Positions 20,625 to 29,751 of a stretch of 64,000 nucleotides of DNA are shown one piece after another; position 1 is the stretch's first letter; every line of letters begins with the position of its first letter. The translations under genes and the position numbers were made by a program. The stretch comes from an uncultured Anaerolineaceae bacterium (GTDB taxonomy: Bacteria > Chloroflexota > Limnocylindria > Limnocylindrales > CSP1-4), in contig CAYRTS010000002.1 of the NCBI GenBank assembly GCA_964427285.1, positions 8,269 to 72,268 on the forward strand, written 5' to 3'. The notes beneath the pieces are model-generated. The model saw nothing but the letters and a program-made list of their open reading frames with translations, searched no databases and was not told the DNA's origin.

Positions 20625-21326
20625 ATGTCTGTGGCCTCTGTCTCGAGATCCGCGTCGATGCGGATCCCGCTGACGTATGTGGTGACGCTCGTCCCCGTGG
20701 CGGCGGCACTCAACATCGTCGGCGGAACCATCAACACGGCGCTCAAGCTGCCGACCTTCCTGGACATGATCGGGACGGCGGTCGCCGCGATCGTGCTCGG
20801 ACCGTGGTGGGGCGCCCTTGTCGGCGTCATCACCAACGTCGGCGGTTCGTTCATCAACGGGCCGATCGGCATCCCCTTCGCCCTGGCAAACGTCGCCGGA
20901 GCGCTCGTCTGGGGGTATGGCGTTCGCTCATTCCGGATGGGTTCGTCGCTACCGAAGTTCTTCCTGCTCAACGTCATCGTGGCGCTGGCCGTCTCGGCCG
21001 TCGCCGCGCCGATCGTCATCTTCGTGTTCGGTGGGTCGACCGGACACTCATCGGATGCCATCACGGCGGCGTTCGCCCAGGCCGGCAACGACCTGATCAC
21101 GTCGGTGTTCGCCTCGAACGTGATCGTGTCGCTCGCGGACAAGATCATCGCGGGCTTCGTCGGTCTCTCGATCATCGCAGCGCTTCCGGCGAACCTGACA
21201 TCCGGGTTGACCCTGCCCGAGGCCACCGGGATGCGCGGCGTCATGCTCGCGCTCGGCGGCGTCCTCATCGGCGTGGTGCTCGTGCTCGTGTACGTGTTCA
21301 TCCTCGCGCCGGCACCCGCCGCCTGA
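20625..21326 (+). CDS. polytopic membrane protein; candidate ECF transporter substrate-capture (S) component
   Basis: An ATG at 20625 is preceded by GGAGGG. The roughly 234 aa protein has five to six Gly-rich TM helices. It is followed by EcfA1, EcfA2 and EcfT. The substrate is unknown. Confidence 0.55.
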   Translation: MSVASVSRSASMRIPLTYVVTLVPVAAALNIVGGTINTALKLPTFLDMIGTAVAAIVLGPWWGALVGVITNVGGSFINGPIGIPFALANVAGALVWGYGVRSFRMGSSLPKFFLLNVIVALAVSAVAAPIVIFVFGGSTGHSSDAITAAFAQAGNDLITSVFASNVIVSLADKIIAGFVGLSIIAALPANLTSGLTLPEATGMRGVMLALGGVLIGVVLVLVYVFILAPAPAA

Positions 21327-21359
21327 CCCGCCGACCAGACCCGAACCTAGGAGAACGAC

Positions 21360-21587
21360 ATGAGTGGACAAGACTCGAACAACGAACGGACTGTCGGGCC
21401 GCGCGAGGGGCTCGGTGCCGGGATCGTCGCGCTGGGGATCCTGTCGATTGCCCTCCCCGGGGTCGTCGACCAGCTCCCGTCGGTCGCCAACGGCGGCAGT
21501 GCGGCGGCCGTGCTGTACGGCATGAGCGTGTTGATCGGCATCTTCGTGATCATCGCGGGAGTGATGACCTTCGTCGTCAAGGACTGA
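21360..21587 (+). CDS. small membrane protein (2 TM)
   Basis: The 75 aa ORF has two hydrophobic helices and lies between the S-component and the ATPases. It has no recognisable family. Confidence 0.4.
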   Translation: MSGQDSNNERTVGPREGLGAGIVALGILSIALPGVVDQLPSVANGGSAAAVLYGMSVLIGIFVIIAGVMTFVVKD

Positions 21588-21622
21588 CGAACGGCGCCGC
21601 AGCGTCGGCGCTTCGCGATCGA

Positions 21623-21659
21623 CCCCCGCCCCGTCGGCCATTGGTTGCCGGGGCGGGGG
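21623..21659 (+). terminator. GC-rich hairpin between the S/small-TM genes and the ECF ATPases (candidate partial terminator or attenuator)
   Basis: CCCCCGCCCCG-(15 nt loop)-CGGGGCGGGGG is followed by TTCGCAT. Confidence 0.35.
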
Positions 21660-21696
21660 TTCGCATACAACGCAGGTACGTGATCGAGGCTGCACG

Positions 21697-22539
21697 GTGT
21701 CCGACGACCCCATCATCTCCATCTCAGACATGGGCTTTACCTATGCCCAGGGCGCCCGACCGGCCCTCTCGGGGATCAACCTGGAGATCGCCCGCGGCGA
21801 GTACGTGGCCGTCATGGGCCTCAACGGCGCCGGCAAGACCACGCTCGGTCTCTGCCTGAACGGGATCATTCCGCACATGCTGATGGGTGAGCAGACCGGC
21901 CAGGTCCGCGTCGATGGCAAGGACCCGGGCATCGTGGTGGTGCGTGAGATGGCCCGGACCGTCGGGATCGTCTTTGACAATCCGGAGTTCCAGATGAGCC
22001 AGATCACCGCCGCTGAGGAAGTGGCGCTCGGGCTCGAGAATCTTGGCGTTCCAGCGGAGGAGATGCCCGAGCGCATCGCCGCAGCGCTTCGACTGGTGGG
22101 CCTCGACGGCTTCGAGGAGCGCGCTCCGATGGGGCTGTCGGGCGGGCAGCAGCAGCGGTTGGCGATCGCCGCCGTCCTGGTCATGCGTCCGTCCATCCTG
22201 TTCATGGATGAGCCGACGTCGAACCTGGATCCGCTGGGCAAGGATGAGATCTTCGAGATCGCCCGGCATCTCAACCGAGAGGAGGGGATGACCGTGATCG
22301 TCGCCGAGCACGAAGTGGAGGTCCTGGCCGAGTACGCCGACCGGATCGTCGTCCTCCACGAGGGTCGGATTGCGATGCAGGGGACGCCGGCGGAGGTGCT
22401 GAGCCGCGTGGCGGAGCTCGATGCGCTGGGTTTGCGGACGCCCCAGGTGACGGAGTTCGCCCATGCCCTGTCAGGCGCGTCCGCGGACCTCCCGGTCACG
22501 ATGGATGGCACGCTGCGCTGGCTGGAGGCCCGGGCATGA
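21697..22539 (+). CDS. ecfA1: energy-coupling factor transporter ATPase
   Basis: The protein has Walker A GLNGAGKTT, the signature LSGGQQQRLAIA, and Walker B LFMDEPTSNLD. Confidence 0.85.
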   Translation: MSDDPIISISDMGFTYAQGARPALSGINLEIARGEYVAVMGLNGAGKTTLGLCLNGIIPHMLMGEQTGQVRVDGKDPGIVVVREMARTVGIVFDNPEFQMSQITAAEEVALGLENLGVPAEEMPERIAAALRLVGLDGFEERAPMGLSGGQQQRLAIAAVLVMRPSILFMDEPTSNLDPLGKDEIFEIARHLNREEGMTVIVAEHEVEVLAEYADRIVVLHEGRIAMQGTPAEVLSRVAELDALGLRTPQVTEFAHALSGASADLPVTMDGTLRWLEARA

Positions 22540-23357
22540 CCGGCGGCGCGTCCATCATCAGCGTCCAGGAGGCGCGTTACGTCTACAAGCACGGCAACGT
22601 CGTCGCGCTGGAGGGACTGTCGGTCGAGATTGCCGCGGGCGAGCTCGTTGGGGTGATGGGCCAGAACGGCTCTGGCAAGACGACGCTCACGAAACTGCTG
22701 AACGGGCTCCTGAAGCCGACCTCGGGCCGGGTGATCGTCGACGGACGGGATACGGCCCAGCACACGGTGCAGGCGATGGCGGCGCACATCGGCTATGTCT
22801 TCCAGAACCCGAATCACCAGCTGTTCGCGACCACCGTGGCTGAAGAGCTGGCCTTTGGACCGCGCAACATCGGCTGCCCGCCCGCCGACGTCGAGGAGCG
22901 CGTGGCGGAGGCGGTCGAATTCTTCGGGCTCCGCGAGATCCTCGCGCTCCATCCGTATCGAATCAGCTTCCCGCTGCGCAAGCTGGTCGGGATCGCCTCG
23001 ATCTTCACGATGCGGCCGAAGGTGTTCATCCTCGATGAGCCGACGACCGGCCAGGACCATCGAACCACCAGCGTGATCGACCGCCTGATCGTGCGCCTCG
23101 CGGAGCGCGGGGACACCGTCCTCTGCGTCTCCCATGACATGCCGCTCATCGCCCACGTGGCGCAGCGGGCGTTGGTGATGTGGAACGGAGAGTTGATCGC
23201 GGACGGCACCCCGCGCGAGGTCTTCGCGGACAAGGCCGTGATGGATCGAACCCATCTCACGCCACCGCAGGTCACCCGGCTGTCGATGCGAATGCCCGGG
23301 CGGGCTGGCCGTCCCGCCGCCTTGTCGGTCGCCGAACTGGTCGCGGAGTCGCGCTGA
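22536..23357 (+). CDS. ecfA2: energy-coupling factor transporter ATPase
   Basis: The protein has Walker A GQNGSGKTT and Walker B LDEPTTGQD. It overlaps the previous gene by 4 nt. Confidence 0.85.
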   Translation: MTGGASIISVQEARYVYKHGNVVALEGLSVEIAAGELVGVMGQNGSGKTTLTKLLNGLLKPTSGRVIVDGRDTAQHTVQAMAAHIGYVFQNPNHQLFATTVAEELAFGPRNIGCPPADVEERVAEAVEFFGLREILALHPYRISFPLRKLVGIASIFTMRPKVFILDEPTTGQDHRTTSVIDRLIVRLAERGDTVLCVSHDMPLIAHVAQRALVMWNGELIADGTPREVFADKAVMDRTHLTPPQVTRLSMRMPGRAGRPAALSVAELVAESR

Positions 23358-24250
23358 TGCAGGGCGTCAATGTGTCGGTCACGCACGTTCGCGGGACCTC
23401 CTGGCTCCACCGGCTCAACCCCATCTCCAAGCTGGCCTGGCTGCTGGCGGTCACGCTGTTTGCCTTTGCCTCGTACAACCCGATCCCGCTCTTCCTGATC
23501 GCCATCGCCGGGCTGGTCCTGGGCACCACGGCCGGGATTCTCAAGCCGCTGATGCGGATCCTCGTGGTCTTTGCGCCCCTGACGGCGTCGATGATCGTGA
23601 TCCAGACGATCGCCCCGGCCATCTGCGGCGATGCCTGCACGGCGGTGGTCCAGCTGGGTCCGTTCACGCTCTACCAGGAGGGGATGTCGCACGGCCTCTC
23701 GCTGGTTTCCCGCGTCCTGTCCATGGAGATCGTCGCGCTGGGCGTGCTGATGACGACCCATCCGTCGGACCTGTTCGCCTCCTTTGCCAAGCTCCGGGTT
23801 CCGTACATCCTCAACTTCATGGTCTCGATGACGCTCCAGCTCATTCCGGTCCTCCAGCGCGAGGTCTCGGTTGTGCTCTCGGCGCAGAAATCGCGTGGGA
23901 TGAAGAGCCGGGGGTTCGGTTCCATCGTTCCATCATTCGTTCCCGTCTTCGCCGGCGCCTTCGAGCGTGTGCAACAGCTCTCGATCAGCCTGGAGTCGCG
24001 CGCCTTTGGCTCGGCCGGTCTCAAGACCTCGTATCGCCAGGTCCGATTTGGCCCGGTGGACGCTGCGATCGCCATCCTCGGGCTGGCGGTTGGGGCCGTC
24101 GGCGTCTACGTCGGCCTGACGTTGTGGAGTGCTGACCTGACACCTTCCGTGGTTCTGCCGGTCGCAGTCATGCTGGCAATCTTCCTCCTCTCGGCGGTCC
24201 TGTTCATCGGCGTGCTCGCGGCGGCGATCCTGGCCATCGCCCGGTCCTGA
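23357..24250 (+). CDS. ecfT: energy-coupling factor transporter transmembrane (T) component, CbiQ family
   Basis: An ATG at 23357 overlaps the ecfA2 stop (TGATG). The MQGVNVSVTHVRGTSWLHRLNPISKLAW N-terminus is typical of EcfT/CbiQ. Confidence 0.8.
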   Translation: MQGVNVSVTHVRGTSWLHRLNPISKLAWLLAVTLFAFASYNPIPLFLIAIAGLVLGTTAGILKPLMRILVVFAPLTASMIVIQTIAPAICGDACTAVVQLGPFTLYQEGMSHGLSLVSRVLSMEIVALGVLMTTHPSDLFASFAKLRVPYILNFMVSMTLQLIPVLQREVSVVLSAQKSRGMKSRGFGSIVPSFVPVFAGAFERVQQLSISLESRAFGSAGLKTSYRQVRFGPVDAAIAILGLAVGAVGVYVGLTLWSADLTPSVVLPVAVMLAIFLLSAVLFIGVLAAAILAIARS

Positions 24251-24261
24251 GCTGTCCCGCC

Positions 24262-25095
24262 GTGGCCGCGATGGACCCGAGCCCGACCGAGCCCCAGCAT
24301 CACATCGCCCTGCGCCGGGGCGATGTTGGGCGCTACGTCCTGCTGCCCGGCGATCCCGGTCGTGTGGAGGTCATCGCCCGGCACTTCGATGACCCGGTCT
24401 TTGTGGCCACCAATCGTGAGTTCGTGACCTGGACGGGGACCCTGGACGGCGTTCCCGTTGCCTGTACTTCTACCGGGATCGGCTGCCCGTCGACCGCGAT
24501 TGCCGTTGAGGAGCTTGTGGCCATCGGCGCCGACACGTTTATCCGGGTCGGCACCTCGGGCGCGATCCAGCCGGACATCGTCACCGGTGAGCTGGGGGTC
24601 ATCACCGGGGCGATCCGCGATGAGGGGACGAGCCACCAGTATCTGCCGCCGGAGTATCCGGCCGTCGCCGACATTGACGTGACGGCGGCGCTGCGGGCGG
24701 GCGCACTGGCGAGTGGCCACACGTTCCGGCTCGGGATCGCGCAGTCCAAGGATTCGTTCTTCGGCCAGCACGCACCCGATCGGATGCCGGTGGGGCCGGA
24801 GCTGCACCGGCGCTGGGCGGCCTGGATCGCTGGCGGTGCGATCTGCTCGGAGATGGAAGCCGCCGCGCTGTATATCGTGGCCGCGACCCTTCGCGTTCGC
24901 GCCGGCGGGGTGATGCTGATCTTCGGCGACCTTGGCGGTCGACCGATGACGCCCGAGGAGCAGATCGCGGGCGATATCGAGCGGGTGATCGAGGCGTCGA
25001 TCGCGGGCCTCCGGATCCTCATCGCCGAGGATGTCGCGCGGGATCGGGAGCTTGCGGGTGCCCGGGGCGCCGGGAGCGAGCGGGTGGCGGGATGA
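24262..25095 (+). CDS. uridine phosphorylase-like nucleoside phosphorylase (PNP/UDP family 1)
   Basis: The protein aligns closely with E. coli Udp: LLPGDPGRVE, REFVTWTG, STGIGCPSTAIAVEEL, RVGTSGAIQP, SEMEAAAL. Confidence 0.8.
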   Translation: MAAMDPSPTEPQHHIALRRGDVGRYVLLPGDPGRVEVIARHFDDPVFVATNREFVTWTGTLDGVPVACTSTGIGCPSTAIAVEELVAIGADTFIRVGTSGAIQPDIVTGELGVITGAIRDEGTSHQYLPPEYPAVADIDVTAALRAGALASGHTFRLGIAQSKDSFFGQHAPDRMPVGPELHRRWAAWIAGGAICSEMEAAALYIVAATLRVRAGGVMLIFGDLGGRPMTPEEQIAGDIERVIEASIAGLRILIAEDVARDRELAGARGAGSERVAG

Positions 25096-25958
25096 CCGAC
25101 GACGTGATGCACCACATCGCCCTCCGCCGCGGCGATGTGGGCCGGTACGTGCTGCTGCCCGGGGACCCCGGACGCTGCGAACGGATTGCGCGCCACTTCG
25201 ACGACGCGCGCCTGGTCGCCCGCAATCGCGAATACGAAACGTGGACCGGGTCGCTGGACGGCGTCCGGGTGTCGGTCACCTCGACCGGAATAGGCTGCCC
25301 GTCGACCGCCATCGCGGTGGAGGAGCTGCTCCAATGCGGCGCGGACACGTTTATCCGGGTCGGGACCGCCGGTGGGATGCAGCCGGGGATGGTGACCGGC
25401 GAACTGGCCAACGTGACGGCGGCGATCCGCGACGAGGGCACCACGAGCCACTACCTGCCCATGGCCTTTCCGGCGATTGCGGATCTTGACGTCGTCCTCG
25501 CCCTGCGTGAGGCGGCTCGCCGCACGGGAGCCCGCGTGCGCGAAGGCGTCAGCCAGTCGAAGGATTCGTTCTACGGCGAGATCGAGCCTGGGCGGATGCC
25601 GCTGCGCGAACGACTCGAGGAGCGCTGGGCCGCGTTCATCGCCGGTGGTGCCATCTGCTCGGAGATGGAAGCCGCCGCGATCTTCATCATCGCCTCCATC
25701 CATCGAGCTCGCTCCGGCGGGATCATGGCCTGTGTCGGCAATCCGGACATGACGGAGGGGGAGGTCGCCGCGTCTATGGCCGGTTTCGATCTCGACGAGG
25801 TCATTGCGACCGCGGTCGAAGGGCTGCGGGTGCTGATCGAGCGTGACGGGGCGGCCGGGGCGTCCGGGTCGGCCGGGGCGGCCGAGCGCGGTGCGATTGC
25901 CGGGCGCGGCGCGACAGCGAAGCGGCTCGCTGGTCCGTCGGTCTCACCCTCTCGCTAA
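25092..25958 (+). CDS. uridine phosphorylase-like nucleoside phosphorylase (tandem paralog)
   Basis: This is a paralog of the previous gene with the same motifs. It overlaps that gene by 4 nt. Confidence 0.8.
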   Translation: MTDDVMHHIALRRGDVGRYVLLPGDPGRCERIARHFDDARLVARNREYETWTGSLDGVRVSVTSTGIGCPSTAIAVEELLQCGADTFIRVGTAGGMQPGMVTGELANVTAAIRDEGTTSHYLPMAFPAIADLDVVLALREAARRTGARVREGVSQSKDSFYGEIEPGRMPLRERLEERWAAFIAGGAICSEMEAAAIFIIASIHRARSGGIMACVGNPDMTEGEVAASMAGFDLDEVIATAVEGLRVLIERDGAAGASGSAGAAERGAIAGRGATAKRLAGPSVSPSR

Positions 25959-25960
25959 TC

Positions 25961-27202
25961 GTGGATGCCGATCTGGAGATCCCGTTCAACCCGGTGGACC
26001 CGCGGTTCATCGCCAATCCCTACCCGGCCTATGAGCGGGTTCGCGAGTCCGGCGCCGTCTGGCATCCCGAAGGCGATCACCTCTGGTACCTGACCCGCCA
26101 TGCGGACGTCCATTCCGCCTTCCGCGACCGTCGACTCGGGACGAACTTCCTGCATCGGTACACCCCCGAGGAGCTAGGCCTCGCGCCCGGAATCCCGGTC
26201 TGGCGCGATCCGCGCTGGCAGGACTTCGCCGCCTTCGAGCGCTGGGAACTCCTGAATCTCGAACCCCCGGTGCACACCCGTCTGCGTCGCCTCGTGACCG
26301 AGGCGTTCACGCCACGGAGCATCGAGGGGCTGCGCCTCGACATCTTCGGGCGGGCTCGGGCGCTGTTGGAGCCCGGCCGCCAGGCTGGATCGATCGACCT
26401 CGTCAACGACTATGCGCAGCAGTTCTCGCTCGGCATCATCTGCGACCTCATCGGCGTGGCGCCGGCGGATCGGGAGACCATCAAGCGCCTGTCCGATGAC
26501 ACCGTGGCGATGTACGAGCCGGCCCCATCGGAGGCCCAGCGGATCGCGTCCGATACCGCCGCCGGGGATTTTCGTCGGTATCTGCTCGACGTGGTCGCCA
26601 TCCGCCGCCGGACTCCCGCCGCCGACCTGCTGACCGCACTTCTCGATGCGACGGTCGAGGGTGAGCGCCTCAGCGACGACCAGATCGTGTCCACGGCGAT
26701 GGTCCTGCTGATGGCCGGGCATGAAGCCACGGTCAACGCCACGACCAACGGGATTGCCGCGCTGGCGGCGCATCCGGACGAGTGGCAGCGGATCCGCCGG
26801 GGGGAGATCTCGCCACGCGCGGCGATCGAGGAGATCCTGCGCTTCGATCCGCCGCTCCAGTGGTTCGAGCGCTGGGTGCTTGACGCCGGGTTCAGCGTGG
26901 ACGGCATCGAGATCCCGGTCGGGTCGCGGGTGGCCCTGGTGCTGGCCGCGGCCAACCGCGACCCACGGCGCTGGGCCGACCCGGACCGGTTCGACATTCG
27001 GCGTGCTGACGCGGGCCATCTGTCGCTCGGTGGCGGCATCCACTTCTGCATCGGCGCGCCACTGGCCCGGATGGAGCTCGAGGCGACCCTCACCGAGCTG
27101 GCGCGCACGGAGGCGGAGCTGGTCATCCTTCCACCGACGGTGCGTCGGCCCACCTTCCAGTTCCGGGGCTACGAGCGGCTCGAGATCGCGCTGACCAACT
27201 GA
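25961..27202 (+). CDS. cytochrome P450
   Basis: The protein has the heme-binding loop FGGGIHFCIGAPLAR, an EILRF (ExxR) motif, and an AGHEAT I-helix. It starts 3 nt after the preceding stop. Confidence 0.9.
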   Translation: MDADLEIPFNPVDPRFIANPYPAYERVRESGAVWHPEGDHLWYLTRHADVHSAFRDRRLGTNFLHRYTPEELGLAPGIPVWRDPRWQDFAAFERWELLNLEPPVHTRLRRLVTEAFTPRSIEGLRLDIFGRARALLEPGRQAGSIDLVNDYAQQFSLGIICDLIGVAPADRETIKRLSDDTVAMYEPAPSEAQRIASDTAAGDFRRYLLDVVAIRRRTPAADLLTALLDATVEGERLSDDQIVSTAMVLLMAGHEATVNATTNGIAALAAHPDEWQRIRRGEISPRAAIEEILRFDPPLQWFERWVLDAGFSVDGIEIPVGSRVALVLAAANRDPRRWADPDRFDIRRADAGHLSLGGGIHFCIGAPLARMELEATLTELARTEAELVILPPTVRRPTFQFRGYERLEIALTN

Positions 27203-27210
27203 CCCGGGGC

Positions 27211-27270
27211 GGTCGCCCCCCGGTACCTCCGGTCGCCCCCCGGTACCTCCGGTCGCCCCCCGGTACCTCC
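27211..27270. repeat. perfect 3 x 20-bp tandem repeat (GGTCGCCCCCCGGTACCTCC)
   Basis: This is a direct tandem repeat in the convergent intergenic region between the P450 and the MFS gene. A fourth partial unit follows. Confidence 0.9.
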
Positions 27271-27307
27271 GGTGCCGATTTCCGCGGTCGGGGTTGGACT
27301 GGCGGCT

Positions 27308-28528
27308 TTAGGCCGGCATCGCCCGGGTCCGCCATCGCCCGCGAAGGTCGGTGACGATCGCCACGATCGCTGCGAGCACGCCGAGCGGGATGACGATCAG
27401 CCGCGCGGCGTCGGCCCCGAACACCGTCACCGCCGACCCGGCCAGCGCCGCGCCGGCCGCGATCCCAAGGGCCGTTGCCGACACGAGCAGCGAAAACGAC
27501 GATGTCCGGGAGTGGCCGGGGGTGATCTCCGCAACGTACGCATTCGACTGGATGAATGTCGGGGCGATCGCGGCACCGGCGAGCGCAGCCGCCACGACAA
27601 ACGGGGCGTAGCCACCAACCAGGGCCATGGGCAGGACGCCCGCGGCGTAGACGACCATCGAGATCGTGAATCGTCGACGAGCTGGGGTCCGCCACGTCCG
27701 GGCCCCGACGAGGATGGCGCCGACGAGGCTCGCACCCGAATTGACGAAGAAGACCAGCGCAGCCCCTTCCGGGACCCCGATCGCCGCGGAGTACGCCAGC
27801 TGGAGGACCTGCACGGCACCCAGGGCCCCACCAAGACAAGCGACCGACACGAGGACGCCCGGACCCGCCGGGAAGCGTGGCCGCCAGCCGGTGATTCCAT
27901 CGCCATGCGGGTGCGGAGCCGGAGCCGGCAGGCTCCAGCGCGAGGTGATCCCCCACACGCCGATCAAGCCCAGGCCCATGGCCACGACAATGGGGAGTCC
28001 GGCGAACCAGGCCGTGGCCAGGATCGCCACCGCGGACGGCCCGATCAGGAACGAGAGCTCGTCGTTGATCGATTCCAGCGCCTGTGCCGAGGCGAGTCGT
28101 CCTTCGCGGTCGTCGAGCGCTGCCCAACGAGCTCGCGTGAACGCTCCGGTGTTCGGCAGCACAGCGCCGACCATGGCCGCGAGCAACACGTATAGCGGTG
28201 TCACCCCAATCGTCAACAGGCTGACCACGGCGAGCGCCGCGGCCGCGGTCGCGACGACCGAAAGCAGACGGGCCAGTGGAAGCTGCCCCCGCCGGTCTGC
28301 GATCCGCCCGATCGCGGGGCCAACGACCGCGGTCGCGACGGCCATCGCCCCCGCCGCAAGCCCACCAAAGGCGTAGCCGGTCTCCGGATCCACTGCCGCG
28401 GCCGCGGCCACGAAGGCGACCGACAGCATGGACATCGGCGCTCGGCCGATGAGTCCGAACCCGATGAGGGTCTTGCCGCCGGGCTGATCCAGCGGCCCGG
28501 CAAAGCCGGCAAGGAGTCGGGGCATCAA
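27308..28528 (-). CDS. MFS transporter
   Basis: The 406 aa ORF has about 12 TM helices and MFS-type loops (GRIADRRG). Confidence 0.8.
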   Translation of the reverse strand: MMPRLLAGFAGPLDQPGGKTLIGFGLIGRAPMSMLSVAFVAAAAAVDPETGYAFGGLAAGAMAVATAVVGPAIGRIADRRGQLPLARLLSVVATAAAALAVVSLLTIGVTPLYVLLAAMVGAVLPNTGAFTRARWAALDDREGRLASAQALESINDELSFLIGPSAVAILATAWFAGLPIVVAMGLGLIGVWGITSRWSLPAPAPHPHGDGITGWRPRFPAGPGVLVSVACLGGALGAVQVLQLAYSAAIGVPEGAALVFFVNSGASLVGAILVGARTWRTPARRRFTISMVVYAAGVLPMALVGGYAPFVVAAALAGAAIAPTFIQSNAYVAEITPGHSRTSSFSLLVSATALGIAAGAALAGSAVTVFGADAARLIVIPLGVLAAIVAIVTDLRGRWRTRAMPA

Positions 28529-28537
28529 CCCAACCCC

Positions 28538-29533
28538 TCAGTACATCGTCGTCCGGGTCAGGTGATGCGGCCAGAACGTCGCGTGGTAGGTCTTCCACAG
28601 CCGGTAGTCCACCTGCGGGATCACCAGCTGCTTGTCGGCCGGGCGCAGTTCGTTGATGGCGTTCGTGAGAAGCGCCGTCGCGTAGATCGTGTGGGCGCGC
28701 AATTCGATCTCGTCCGGGCTGTCTCGCGGGATCATGACCCCGCTGTTGATCCTGGCCTCGAGATCCGGGGTGTACTCGGTGATGCCCATGAGGCGCAACG
28801 CGACCGGGACGATGTAGTCGGCAAAGGCCGTCGCGCGCGAGAGGTCCCGAAGGCCGGTTTGACCGAGACGCACGTAGACCGCGTGGAGCGACCAAAGGCT
28901 GAGTTGGGCCAGCTTGTAGAACTGGACCCGGTGGCCGTCATAGGTGCTGCTGTCCTCGAACCGCGGGAAGTCGGCGAGGAGGCGTTCCAGCATCCCGTTA
29001 CCATCGGCGTAGAGCGCGCGCTCGCAGCCGTTGGCCCAGACGTGGAACCGACCATTGAACCGCGCCACCAGCGTTGCGCCGATCTCGTTGAGGATCGCGA
29101 CCCGCTCGTCGAGCATCGGCATCTCGATGGTGCCGTCGAACAGCCGCGCGAGGTCCGCCCGTGTCACCGACGCCATCCACGAGCCCTCGAGGATCGGCTC
29201 CCCGGCCTTGAACGCCCGGTGAACGCAGGCCAGCATGGCCTCCGAATCGACGTAGCGGGTGCCGTTGTAGTCGGCCTCGAACTTGACCGACGTATCGAAA
29301 TCGGTGAACGCAAAATTGAGGGCTGATTCCAGCATGACGAGATCCGTCAGCACGTCCGGGTCATGTCCGAAGTCGAACAGGAACGATCCGTCTGGAAGCC
29401 CGAATTCCTCGTACGCCATCCAGCCGGCGACCCGCCGAATCCCATCCTGCGAGGTGCGGACGTTCCGGGACGCCTCGATCACCGGCAACGTGGACGACAG
29501 GACCTGGCTATCCCAATGGTCGATCGGGTGCAT
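28538..29533 (-). CDS. queuosine-salvage family protein (DUF2419; Qng1/C9orf64-like queuosine 5'-phosphate N-glycosylase family)
   Basis: An internal ATG (MHPIDHWDSQ...) is chosen as the start. The protein has the length and conserved blocks of the Q_salvage family: FDFGHDPDVLTDLVMLESALNFAF, HRVQFYKLAQLSLW, DYRLWK. It lies directly upstream of, and co-directional with, the MFS gene. Confidence 0.65.
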   Translation of the reverse strand: MHPIDHWDSQVLSSTLPVIEASRNVRTSQDGIRRVAGWMAYEEFGLPDGSFLFDFGHDPDVLTDLVMLESALNFAFTDFDTSVKFEADYNGTRYVDSEAMLACVHRAFKAGEPILEGSWMASVTRADLARLFDGTIEMPMLDERVAILNEIGATLVARFNGRFHVWANGCERALYADGNGMLERLLADFPRFEDSSTYDGHRVQFYKLAQLSLWSLHAVYVRLGQTGLRDLSRATAFADYIVPVALRLMGITEYTPDLEARINSGVMIPRDSPDEIELRAHTIYATALLTNAINELRPADKQLVIPQVDYRLWKTYHATFWPHHLTRTTMY

Positions 29534-29751
29534 GCACTCTCCCTGCAGGCCGGACCGCCGGCCACTCCGGGCCGTCGGGAGACCCGACGACGGCGCAACG
29601 ATACGGGAGCGAGTGGCCAAGCGCCGGGTCAGCAGCCCGGACACGCCCGTGCTGGTTCCAGGCGGACACGCCTCCACGCGGTTTGCGCGGGGTCACTGGC
29701 CGGCCTCACCATGTTGGTCCACGCTTGATCGGTTGCAGGAGGACTGGACTG

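Noticed and set aside
24333-25703. 456-aa ORF on the minus strand across both phosphorylase genes
   Set aside because: This is a shadow ORF. The + strand products align residue-by-residue with uridine phosphorylase.
27211-27270. CRISPR array
   Set aside because: The three 20-bp units are directly adjacent with no spacers. There are no cas genes in the window.
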